NCBI GenBank assembly: GCA_038320275.1
Contig: JBBQEB010000051.1
Span: forward strand, 1-22,885
Direction: 5' to 3'
DNA from: Myxococcales bacterium
GTDB taxonomy: Bacteria; Myxococcota; Myxococcia; Myxococcales; Anaeromyxobacteraceae
DNA: 22,885 nt
Positions 1 through 8,866 of this stretch are shown here, piece after piece. The translations under genes were made by a program, and so were the position numbers. Numbering within the stretch: position 1 is the first letter of the stretch; each line of letters starts with the position of its first letter. The notes beneath the pieces are model-generated. The model made no database searches. It was not told the origin of the DNA and saw nothing but the letters and a program-made list of their open reading frames with translations.

Positions 1-524
<524 letters not shown>

Positions 525-528
<4 letters not shown>

Positions 529-1835
529 GCGCTCCCCTTTCTCAGCTCCGCGAGCCGCGCGGCGAGCTCCTCCTCCCGCCCGTTGAGAGACAGCTTCACG
601 ATCTCCTCGCCGCGCAGGGCATCGGGCAGGTAGCGCTCCGCGACGTAGCTCCCCTCGAAGTTGTGCGGATAGCGGTACCCTCCGCCGTAGCCCATCCCTT
701 CCATGAGCTTGGTGGGCGCGTTGCGGAGCTTCAGCGGGACTGGCAGCGGGCCCCGCTCCCTCACCAGCCTGCGCGCGGCCCCGTAGGCGGTGAGCGCCGC
801 GTTCGACTTGGGCGCGAGCGCGAGGTAGGTCGCGGCCTGGGTCATCGGCAGCACGCCCTCCGGCATCCCCACCAGCTCCACCGCCTGGAGCGCGCTCACC
901 GCCACCGCCAGCGCGCCCGGGTCGGCGTTGCCCACGTCCTCGGAGGCGAAGATGACCATGCGACGCAGGACGAAGCGAGGCTCCTCGCCAGACTCCAGCA
1001 TGCGCACGAGGTAGTAGACCGCCGCGTCGGCGTCGCTCCCGCGCAAGGACTTGATGAAGGCGGACACGACGTCGTAGTGCTGCTCGCCGTCCTTGTCATA
1101 GAGGAGCGGCTTGTGCTGCAGCGCCTCCTCCGCGTCGGCGGGGAGGATCTCGCGGCGTCCCGCGAGGCGGGCCGACGCCGCCGCGGCCTCCAGCGCGTTG
1201 AGCGCCCGACGGGCGTCGCCCCAGGCGTAGCGGGCGAAGAGCTCCCTCGCCTCGACCGACAGCGCGAGGTCGCCGCCCAGCCCTTCCTTCGCGCTCACCG
1301 CCCTGTCGAGCAGGGCGGCGATCTCCTCCTCGGTGAGCGCGCGCAGGGTCACCACCCGGCAGCGGGAGAGGAGCGCGGCGTTGATCTCGAAGGACGGGTT
1401 CTCGGTGGTGGCCCCCACCAGCGTCACCACGCCCCCCTCGACGTGCGGCAGGAAGGCGTCCTGCTGCGCCTTGGTGAACCGATGGATCTCATCCACGAAG
1501 AGGATGGTGCGCTGCCTGTGCATCCGCCGCCGGTCGCGGGCCGCGGCGACGATCTCGCGGATCTCCTTGACGCCACCCAGCACGGCGCTGAACGGCACGA
1601 AGGTGGAGCCGGTTCGCTCGGCGACGATCCGCGCGAGCGTGGTCTTTCCGGTACCTGGGGGTCCCCACAGGATGAGGGACGGCACCTGATCGGCCTCGAT
1701 GGCGCGGCGCAGCGCGCGGCCCGGACCGAGGACGTGCTCCTGCCCCACGAAATCCTCGAAACGGCGGGGGCGGAGACGCTCGGCGAGAGGTTTGCCGGAG
1801 GCGTCCCCCTCGCTTGCGTGGTCGAAGAGGTCCAT
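525..1835 (-). CDS. rarA: Replication-associated recombination protein A (RarA/MgsA AAA+ ATPase)
   Basis: PLAERLRP, Walker A GPPGTGKT, Walker B FVDEIHRF, GATTENPSF, SAFIKSLRGSD, ASEDVGNADP. Confidence 0.97.
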
Positions 1836-1851
1836 GCGCCGTCCGTTCCCC

Positions 1852-1857
1852 TATAAT
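1852..1857 (+). promoter_or_regulatory. Perfect sigma70-type -10 box (TATAAT) 6 nt before the nadK ATG
   Basis: TATAAT in the 28-bp rarA/nadK divergent gap of a very GC-rich sequence; no Shine-Dalgarno before the ATG at 1864. Confidence 0.65.
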
Positions 1858-1863
1858 CCTTCG

Positions 1864-2703
1864 ATGGACCGCCAGCCCTGCCCCGTGCCCAACAGCGTCG
1901 GGATCGTCCGCAAGGCGGGGTCGCACGAGGCTGCCGCCTGCGCGTCGGCCGCGGCGCAGTACCTCCGGTCGCGAGGGATCGCGGTCATGGAGGACGAGGC
2001 CACCGCTGCGCGCGAGGCCGATCTCATCCTCGTCCTCGGGGGCGACGGCACGCTCATCCACGCCGCGCGCATCCTGGAGGGCCGCCGCGCGCCCATCCTG
2101 GGCGTGAACATGGGAAGCCTGGGTTTCCTCACCGAGGTACCGCAGTCGGAGATGTACCAGGCCATCGAGCACCTCCTCTCCGGGCGCGGGCAGTTCTCCG
2201 AGCGCATGAAGCTGCGGGTCCACCTGCACCGCGGGGGCGGCGGTCAGAAGATCGTCGATGCAGAGGTGCTGAACGACGTCGCCATCGCGAAGAGCGCCCT
2301 CTCGCGCATGGGCGAGTTCGAGGCCACCTGCTCCGGCCACTACCTCACCACCTACAAGGCGGACGGCATCGTGGTGGCGACGCCGACCGGCTCGACCGCC
2401 TACGCGCTGGCCGCGAACGGCCCCATCCTCTACCCGTCGATGCGAGGGGTGGTGGTGGCTCCCATCTGCCCACACACCCTGACCCAGCGCCCCATCGTGC
2501 TCCCGGACGACCAGACCGTGAACATCGTCCTCGGCTCCGACACCGAGGTGTTCCTCACCCTCGACGGTCAGATCGGCGTTCCCATGCAGAGGGGCGACCG
2601 GGTGCAGATCAAGCAGTCGTTGAACCGCGTGCTCCTGGTGCGGAACTCGCGCATCGACTACTTCGGCATCCTCCGTGCGAAGCTGCGCTGGGGGGAGCGG
2701 TGA
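1864..2703 (+). CDS. nadK: NAD(+) kinase
   Basis: GGDGT, GVNMGSLGFL, LNDV, DGIVVATPTGSTAY, ends KLRWGER. Start trimmed from 1699 to ATG 1864 (GTG 1885 is an alternative). Confidence 0.96.
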   Translation: MDRQPCPVPNSVGIVRKAGSHEAAACASAAAQYLRSRGIAVMEDEATAAREADLILVLGGDGTLIHAARILEGRRAPILGVNMGSLGFLTEVPQSEMYQAIEHLLSGRGQFSERMKLRVHLHRGGGGQKIVDAEVLNDVAIAKSALSRMGEFEATCSGHYLTTYKADGIVVATPTGSTAYALAANGPILYPSMRGVVVAPICPHTLTQRPIVLPDDQTVNIVLGSDTEVFLTLDGQIGVPMQRGDRVQIKQSLNRVLLVRNSRIDYFGILRAKLRWGER

Positions 2704-3092
2704 GCGGGGCACCGCGGAGGTGATGGGATGCGGTCGGTGCCTGACCGGTAGCTGCTCGTGAGTCTGCAAACTTGGACCCGGCGCCGCCGAGGCGGCCGCC
2801 GCCACACGCCCGAGGAGCTCGCGCGGAAGCGGGGCGGGACCTGAGGGAGGCGCGGTGCGCGTGGTGGGTTCGTCGAGAGCGGGACCCGCGCGAGCCACCG
2901 CCGCCGGGAGCTCACCGGCGGCGCCGCGACGTCCAGCGCGCATCGAGAAGCGCTCGTGCTGGCGCCGCCGGCCGGCTCTGGCTTTGCTGGGGCTTCGATG
3001 CGACTCCGCGACCGCCCGGCCGCTCTGGACGCACCGGCGTGAGCCTGGGTAAGTCTTTGCCGATCACCACGGGTTTGCGCGTTTGCGGGTCA

Positions 3093-4075
3093 CAGGACTG
3101 ATTGGTGACGGGACGGGGCCTGGGATGTTTTCGTGAGGAGCCGGGCGAGGATGGGTGTGTCGCCCTGATGGATCGTGCGCCTGCGTTCATTCGCAGCGGG
3201 ATCTCGTGCTGGGTAGGGAAAAGGTGCGGCGGCAGATCGAGGAGGATCGGCCGCCGCGGGTGCTGCTGGGTGGGAGCCCGGCAACGACCAGACCCAATCC
3301 TACGAGGAGAGATCGATGGAGGGAAGAGGACATCGCAGGCGGATGGGGCTCCTGGCCGCCCGCCTTCCGGAGCTGGACCTCGACGCGGTCACAGACCCCC
3401 GCGCGCGGGAGGGGAAGTGGTCCTTGGCGCAGATTCTCCGGGCAACGCTGGTGGGGCTCATGGCGGGGTGCCAGAGCCTGTGGGAGGCGGAGCGGCTCAC
3501 GCAGGACATGTCCCGAGCCTCGCGGCACCAGCTCGGGCTGAGAAGGAGGCTGCCGGACACGACGGCGCGGGACGCGCTGTGCCGGGTGCCGCTCGATGAC
3601 CTGCGGGCGGTGCTGTACCGGGTGGTGAAGGCGGCTTGGCGGCGGAAGGCGCTCGCTTCGCAAACACTACCGATTCAGGTGGTGGCGCTCGACGGCAAGG
3701 TGACAGCGCTGCCCACGCTCAACCAGCCCTTCGTGCAGAACCGGCACCCGGACGATGGGCTGCCCTACGGGCTCGTACGGACGGTCACCTGCGCGCTCGT
3801 CTCGGCGCCGGGCCGGCCCTGCATCGACGCCATCCCCATCCCGGCCAGCACGAACGAGATGGGGCACTTCCAGTTCGCCTTCCGGAGCCTGGTCGAGACC
3901 TACGGAACGATGTTCCAGATGGTGACGTACGACGCTGGCGCGCTCTCGGAGGGGAACGGCGCGGCGGTGGTCGCGGCGGGCAAGGACTACCTGTTCGCGC
4001 TGAAGAACGAGCACCGCACCATGCTGAAGCTCGCCTCCGAGCACCTCGACCCGGCGGATGCGGCCGCCCGGACCC
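3093..4075 (+). mobile_element. Partial ISAs1-family insertion sequence (left part only)
   Basis: Candidate left end CAGGACTGATTGGTGA at 3093 (ISAs1 ends typically start CAGG), a less GC-rich leader, then the transposase. I found no matching right inverted repeat. Boundaries are approximate. Confidence 0.6.
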
Positions 4076-4182
4076 TCCGGGACGGAAAGCGCCAGACATA
4101 TCGAGGTACCGCCGATCCGCCCTGGATCTCGTCCTGGAGGTCGGCGAGCGCGTCAGACCCCGGACGTAGGTTGAGGGGATGA
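3316..4182 (+). pseudogene. ISAs1-family DDE transposase, C-terminally truncated
   Basis: DPR...SLAQIL...G N-terminal segment, VVALDGK, NEMG, VTYDAG, GKDYLFALKNEH. SD GAGGAG at 3304-3309. Family-like sequence stops near 4070 and the HWxIEN segment with the third catalytic residue is absent. Confidence 0.85.
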
Positions 4183-4266
4183 ATGCATCGTGAGCGTGGG
4201 CCGCGGTTTCGAAGGCCGGCGCGTCCGGCGCGTCCGGTGCGTCCGGCTCGACCAACGGAGGCTGTC

Positions 4267-4851
4267 ATGAGGCGTGGGGCTACCGAGAGCTTGGCGGACG
4301 GCGCAGGGGGCGTCCTGGAAAGTCCAGGTCCACGTCGCGGCCCGTCGCGAACGGAGATCCGGTTCGCCACCGGCTCGTGCTCGCTCGGCGCGGTCCTCGT
4401 CGGAGCCACGGATCGGGGTGCCTGCGCCATCCTCCTGGGCGAGAGCCCCGAGCCGCTGCTGGAGGACCTCGCGCGCCGCTTTCCGCGGGCGGCGCTCCTC
4501 GACGGCGGAGAAGCGGTCGAGGCGCTCCTGGCGGCGGTGGTCGGACTTGTGGAACGGCCTCGGGAGCGCGCCGAGCTGCCGCTCGACCTGCAGGGCACCG
4601 ACTTCCAGCGCCGCGTGTGGGACGCCTAGCGCGCCATCCCGGCCGGCTCGACCCGGAGTTACGCCGAGCTGGCGGCGGCCCTGGGGGTCCCCCGCGCGAC
4701 GCGGGCGGTGGCCCACGCCTGTGGAGCGAATCCCCTCGCGGTGGCGGTGCCCTGCCATCGCGTGGTGCGGAAGGACGGCGGACTCTCCGGCTACCGCTGG
4801 GGCGTGGAGCGGAAGCGGGCGCTGCTGGCCCGGGAAGCGATCGGAGAATGA
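4267..4851 (+). pseudogene. ogt: Methylated-DNA--protein-cysteine methyltransferase (Ogt/Ada C-terminal type) interrupted by an in-frame TAG at 4627-4629
   Basis: GGAGG then ATG 4267. [26 protein letters not shown]...[37 protein letters not shown] continues in the same frame to TGA 4849-4851. Confidence 0.9.
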
Positions 4852-5285
4852 CCAAGACGGCCACGAAGTACCTGACGGTGGAGCTGCCCCGGCGGCGCGG
4901 GCTCGTTCGCCTGACGGACGAGGTGGCGGCCTTCTGCAGGGAGAGCGGCCTGCAGGAGGGCATGATCCTCGTATCCGCGATGCACATCACCGCCGGCGTG
5001 TTCGTGAACGACGACGAGCCGGGGCTTCACGAGGACATCGAGACGTGGCTGCAGGAGCTCGCGCCGGGGCCGGCCAGGGAAGGCGACCCCGCCCCCGACT
5101 ACCGGCATCACCAGACCGGCGAGGACAACGCCGACGCGCACCTCAAAAGCCTGCTCGTCGGCCACGAGGTGATCGTGCCCGTCACGAAGGGCAAGCTCGA
5201 CCTCGGCACCTGGCAGCAGATCTTCTACGCCGAGTTCGACGGCCGGAGGAAGAAGCGGATCATCCTGAAGGCGCTGGGGGTGTAG
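4848..5285 (+). CDS. yjbQ: YjbQ/UPF0047 family protein (secondary thiamine-phosphate synthase-like)
   Basis: [45 protein letters not shown] overlap with the ogt stop. Confidence 0.92.
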   Translation: MTKTATKYLTVELPRRRGLVRLTDEVAAFCRESGLQEGMILVSAMHITAGVFVNDDEPGLHEDIETWLQELAPGPAREGDPAPDYRHHQTGEDNADAHLKSLLVGHEVIVPVTKGKLDLGTWQQIFYAEFDGRRKKRIILKALGV

Positions 5286-5299
5286 CGCGCCCCGCGGCG

Positions 5300-6970
5300 T
5301 CACTCGCCGCGTGTGAAGTAGGTCCGCACCAGCCCCGGTGACTCGGTCACCGCGTGGGCGGAGACGCCGAGGGCCTGGCCCCGCTCGATGAGCGGGGCCG
5401 GGACGAAGGGAGCGATGAGCTCGAACACCTGACCGGGCGCGAGCGTGGTCAGGGCGGCCATGACCTGCTCGACAGGGTGCGCTCCGGCCGCGAGGAGCGG
5501 GCGCGCGTCGAGGCTCTGGGTGACCCGCGAGGCGGTGGCCCAGGCAGGAGCGGCGGAGGAGGGAGCGGTCATGGTGGGGCTCGCGATCGGATCCCGTTCG
5601 CCCTTCGACTCCGTCGCAGCGCGACGCAGCTCAGGCTGAACGGAAACGGGAGAGGTCGAGGTCGGGTTCGAGGTCGGGTTCGTGGTCGGGGACGTGGTCG
5701 GGTTCGAGGTCGGGTTCGAGGTCGAGGTCGTTCCACCCCCCTCTCCCCAGCTCAGGAGCCGCTGCTCGCCCTGAAGCGCGCGCTTGTGGGTGAGGTCCTG
5801 GCTCACTTCCAGGCAGCCGAGGTACTCGCGCGCTTCTCCGCGCATGGCGAGGTACTCGATGTGCACGAAGCGGCCGTGCAGTTCGATCCAGAACTCGGCG
5901 GCGTCGTGGGTCCCGGCGCGGAAGCCCTCCAGGATTCGCTCCACGATGTCGACGCTGGACGGAGGATGGCAGAACTGCACCTTGCGGCCGATGATGGCGC
6001 GGCTGCGCGTGAAGACCCGCTCCTTGCCCTGCGTGAAGAAGCGGACCGTGTCGTCCTTGTCCACGAAGGTCATGTCCACCGGCACCGTGTTGAGAACCGC
6101 GGTGAGCTCCGGGACGCTGAAGCTGCCGGAGGGCAGGCGGATTCTGTCGCCCTCCCGCCCGGCCGGCTCGGGCTCGGCCATGCCCGGAGGGCGCCATTCC
6201 TTCGGCGGATCGTAGAGGCAGAAGCCGATCTCCGGGCTCTGCCGCGCGATCTCCCACCACTCGTCCACCGCCAAGGTGTCGAGGCACATGGGGAGGAGGA
6301 TGTTCTCCTCCTTGTAGATCATCTCCGCGACCGCGCTCGAGGCCGGCCGCAGCAGCCGCTCGGCCGTCGCGCGCAGCTCGGCCGGCGCGGGGGACGCCGC
6401 CGCCACCAGCGCCTCCGAGGCGGCCGCGAGCAGCCCTCGCGCCTCGTCGTGCTTCCCCCACATGACCTTGGGTGGCCCGGTGATCCCGTGCTTCTCCATG
6501 AAGGGGAAGAGCAGGTTCTCCTTGCGCAGGTAGTGCTTCTCGACGTCCATGAGCGCGTTGAAGTGGCCGCGCAGGGCGCGCACCAGCTCGGCCGTTCCGG
6601 CGCCGTCCGCCAGCGACGCCACCTCGGCGTAGCGCGCCTGAAGCGACTCCACCTCGCGCCCCAGCGCCTCGTTCTCCTTCTTGAACGTCTCCACCGGGTG
6701 GCCGGGCGGCAGCGTCCGGGGCCGGCCGATCTGGATGGTGTCCCGCAGCGCGGTGGAGTGGAGGTCGCACAGCTTCGTGATCTCCTCGGCCGGCATCCCC
6801 TCGGCGATGAGCTGCTGCTCCACGGCCACCACGTCGCCGTACGGCACGCTGCCGAGAAGTCGCTTCAACTGCGCGCTCACCGCCTCGGGCGCCGAGCCCT
6901 CGTGGAGCTGCAGGATGAGGTGCTTGAGGACGTCCTTGCGCCGGGCCGAGTTGTCGATGAGCTCGCTCAC
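5300..6970 (-). CDS. DUF438 + hemerythrin-like + PAS domain protein with T/S/P/N linker and C-terminal DUF2249-like domain
   Basis: GTG start at 6970 (MSELIDNS). EQQLIAEG...KLCDLH, GHPVETFKKEN, HYLRKENLLFP, VMWGKHDE, MIYKEENIL, PVDMTFVD..D.VRFF, CHPP, C-terminal LDARPLLAAGAHP...PFVPAPL. Confidence 0.88.
   Translation of the reverse strand: MSELIDNSARRKDVLKHLILQLHEGSAPEAVSAQLKRLLGSVPYGDVVAVEQQLIAEGMPAEEITKLCDLHSTALRDTIQIGRPRTLPPGHPVETFKKENEALGREVESLQARYAEVASLADGAGTAELVRALRGHFNALMDVEKHYLRKENLLFPFMEKHGITGPPKVMWGKHDEARGLLAAASEALVAAASPAPAELRATAERLLRPASSAVAEMIYKEENILLPMCLDTLAVDEWWEIARQSPEIGFCLYDPPKEWRPPGMAEPEPAGREGDRIRLPSGSFSVPELTAVLNTVPVDMTFVDKDDTVRFFTQGKERVFTRSRAIIGRKVQFCHPPSSVDIVERILEGFRAGTHDAAEFWIELHGRFVHIEYLAMRGEAREYLGCLEVSQDLTHKRALQGEQRLLSWGEGGGTTSTSNPTSNPTTSPTTNPTSNPTSTSPVSVQPELRRAATESKGERDPIASPTMTAPSSAAPAWATASRVTQSLDARPLLAAGAHPVEQVMAALTTLAPGQVFELIAPFVPAPLIERGQALGVSAHAVTESPGLVRTYFTRGE
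5593..5650. repeat. REP-like palindromic element inside the coding sequence
   Basis: CCCTTCGACTCCG...GCTCAGGCTGAACGG. Outer stem CCGTTCGCC/GGCTGAACGG, inner hairpin CGTCGC-AGC-GCGACG (5612-5626). Confidence 0.6.
5651..5731. repeat. GGTCG-based tandem repeat encoding TTSTSNPTSNPTTSPTTNPTSNPTSTS
   Basis: GAGGTCGGGTTC-type units seen directly, in frame in the 5300-6970 gene. Confidence 0.9.
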
Positions 6971-7020
6971 GCCCTCTGCGGTAGCGGCGGCGCGGACCGC
7001 GCGCCATGGTAGACGACCCC

Positions 7021-7905
7021 ATGAACGAGACCCTGGAAGCGCTGCTTCACCAGCTCGATCTCGAGACGCTGGAGGTGAACCTCTTCCGCGGCACCTCGCG
7101 CGACCTGGGCGGCAAGAGCGTCTTCGGCGGCCAGGTGATCGGTCAGGCGCTGGTCGCGGCTGAACGCACCGTGGAGGGCCGCGCTCCGCACTCCCTGCAC
7201 GCGTATTTCCTCCTCCCCGGCGACATGGCCGCGCCCATCGTGTACATGGTCGATCGGCTCCGCGACGGGAGGAGCTTCTCCGCGCGCCGGGTGCAGGCCA
7301 TCCAGCACGGCCGCCCCATCCTCTCGATGATCGCCTCGTTCCAGGTGGACGAGCCGGGGCTCGAGCACGCCGAGCCGATGCCCGACGTCCCGCCGCCGGA
7401 GAGCCTGACCTCGTTCTCGGTGCTGCGGGAGCGCTGGCTCGCGGAGGCAGGGCCGGTGCACCCGCGCATCGTCGAGGCGCTGCGCACGCGCGGCGCCATC
7501 GACTTCCGCCCCGTGCAGCCGCTGAACCCGCTCCGCCCCGTGTCCGCCCCGCCACGGCAGGCGGTCTGGTTCCGCTTCGCGGAGCGCCTCCCCGATGAGC
7601 CGTGGCTCCACCGCTGCCTGCTCGCCTTCGCGTCCGACTACAACCTCATCGGCACGCCCCTGCGCCCGCATGGAAAGAGCTGGTTCTTGCAGGAGATGGT
7701 GGTCGCCTCGATCGACCATGCGCTCTGGTTCCACCGCCCGGCGCGGGTGGACGAGTGGCTCCTCTACGTCATGGACGCCCCCTCGTCGCAGGGCGCGCGC
7801 GGGCTCGCGCGCGGGCTCGTCTACGACCGCGTGGGGAGGCTGGTGGCCAGCGTCGCGCAGGAGGGGCTCATGCGCGAGGTGAAGCGGGCTCCCGGGGCGG
7901 GCTGA
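7021..7905 (+). CDS. tesB: Acyl-CoA thioesterase II
   Basis: VFGGQVIGQAL, HSLHAYFL, RDGRSFS.RRV.AIQ, ASDY, SIDHALWFH, SVAQEGL. Confidence 0.95.
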   Translation: MNETLEALLHQLDLETLEVNLFRGTSRDLGGKSVFGGQVIGQALVAAERTVEGRAPHSLHAYFLLPGDMAAPIVYMVDRLRDGRSFSARRVQAIQHGRPILSMIASFQVDEPGLEHAEPMPDVPPPESLTSFSVLRERWLAEAGPVHPRIVEALRTRGAIDFRPVQPLNPLRPVSAPPRQAVWFRFAERLPDEPWLHRCLLAFASDYNLIGTPLRPHGKSWFLQEMVVASIDHALWFHRPARVDEWLLYVMDAPSSQGARGLARGLVYDRVGRLVASVAQEGLMREVKRAPGAG

Positions 7906-7909
7906 TCCG

Positions 7910-8866
7910 TCAGCCTTGCGGAACCAGCTCGGCGAGGAGCGCGCGCCAGGCCTCGCGCTCGCGCGCGGGCTCCACCAGCGGCCGCGCGCGGGCGACCTGC
8001 TGGCGCAGCGCCCCCGCGAACGCCGCCTCCTCCTCGAAGCGCAGGAGGAGCGCCGCCAGCGCGGGCGCGTCGCCCACCGGGTAATACCCAGCGTAATCCT
8101 CTCCCAGCACGCCCACCGAGCCGTCCACGCGCGTCGATAGCACCGGCACGTTCGCGGCGAGGGCCTCGGAGACGGCGTTCGCGCCCCCCTCCAGCCTGGA
8201 CGTCACGAGGAGGAGGGCGCTCCCGGCGAGAGCCCCCAGCGCCTCGGCGCGGCGCCGATCACCCCACCAGTGGTAGCGCGGCAGCTCTAGGGACAGCCTG
8301 CGCGCCTCCTCCGCCGCCCCAGGATCGAGGGCCGCGCCGAGGTGGACGACCGCGATGCGCGAGCGGGGCGGCAGGAGGCGCACCGCTTCGGCCGCGAGGA
8401 AGTTGCCCTTCACCATGCGTACATGTGAGAGGAGGCAGGCGCGGAGGACCCCCGGCGGCGCGGGAAGGGGAGGGCGGGCGGTCGCGGACTGGATGATGGC
8501 GCGTGCCTTGGCGCGCACCTCTGCCGGGAGCGCGCGAAGTCCGAGGGGCTGGAGGACGACCAGCCGCGAGGCGAGCGCGAGCGAGCGCCGCGCCTCCTCC
8601 GAGGCAGGAAGGTCCTGGTAGAGGTCGGTGCCGCCCAGCACGACCACCAGCGGCGCGCCCGGGCGGGCCGCGCGGAAGCGGGCGATCGAGGCGTGGCTCC
8701 TGGTGGCGTGCAGCGCCACCAGCACGTCGCACGCCTCGCCCTCCCAGGCGGAAGCAAGCCTCACCCGATGACCGAGCCCGCGCAGGAGGCCCGCCCACCG
8801 CAGCGCCGAGGTGCGGTTGCCTGCTCGCGAGCTGGCCGGAGCCGGCGTGACGACGAGGACGTTCAA
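7910..8866 (-). CDS. senB: Selenosugar synthase SenB-like GT-B glycosyltransferase
   Basis: TTG start overlaps the senA stop (TTGA). VLVVTPA...GNRTSALRW, ALHATRS, GGTDLY, HVRMVK, SRLEGGANAVSEA, GVLGEDYAGYY. Lies next to an EgtB-like gene. Confidence 0.85.
   Translation of the reverse strand: MNVLVVTPAPASSRAGNRTSALRWAGLLRGLGHRVRLASAWEGEACDVLVALHATRSHASIARFRAARPGAPLVVVLGGTDLYQDLPASEEARRSLALASRLVVLQPLGLRALPAEVRAKARAIIQSATARPPLPAPPGVLRACLLSHVRMVKGNFLAAEAVRLLPPRSRIAVVHLGAALDPGAAEEARRLSLELPRYHWWGDRRRAEALGALAGSALLLVTSRLEGGANAVSEALAANVPVLSTRVDGSVGVLGEDYAGYYPVGDAPALAALLLRFEEEAAFAGALRQQVARARPLVEPAREREAWRALLAELVPQG

Noticed and set aside
4086..4093. Ada box-like AAAGCGCC upstream of ogt
   Set aside because: A 7/8 match to a short E. 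coli motif in a distant taxon, next to a rearrangement junction; not significant alone.
4216..4247. 9-bp tandem repeat CCGGCGCGT x3 as a regulatory site
   Set aside because: Short and GC-only in character, with no supporting context.
4627..4629. Pyrrolysine or amber recoding of the ogt TAG
   Set aside because: The position is a structural Leu, no pyl genes are seen, and TAG is used as a normal stop by yjbQ (5283-5285) and both response regulators.
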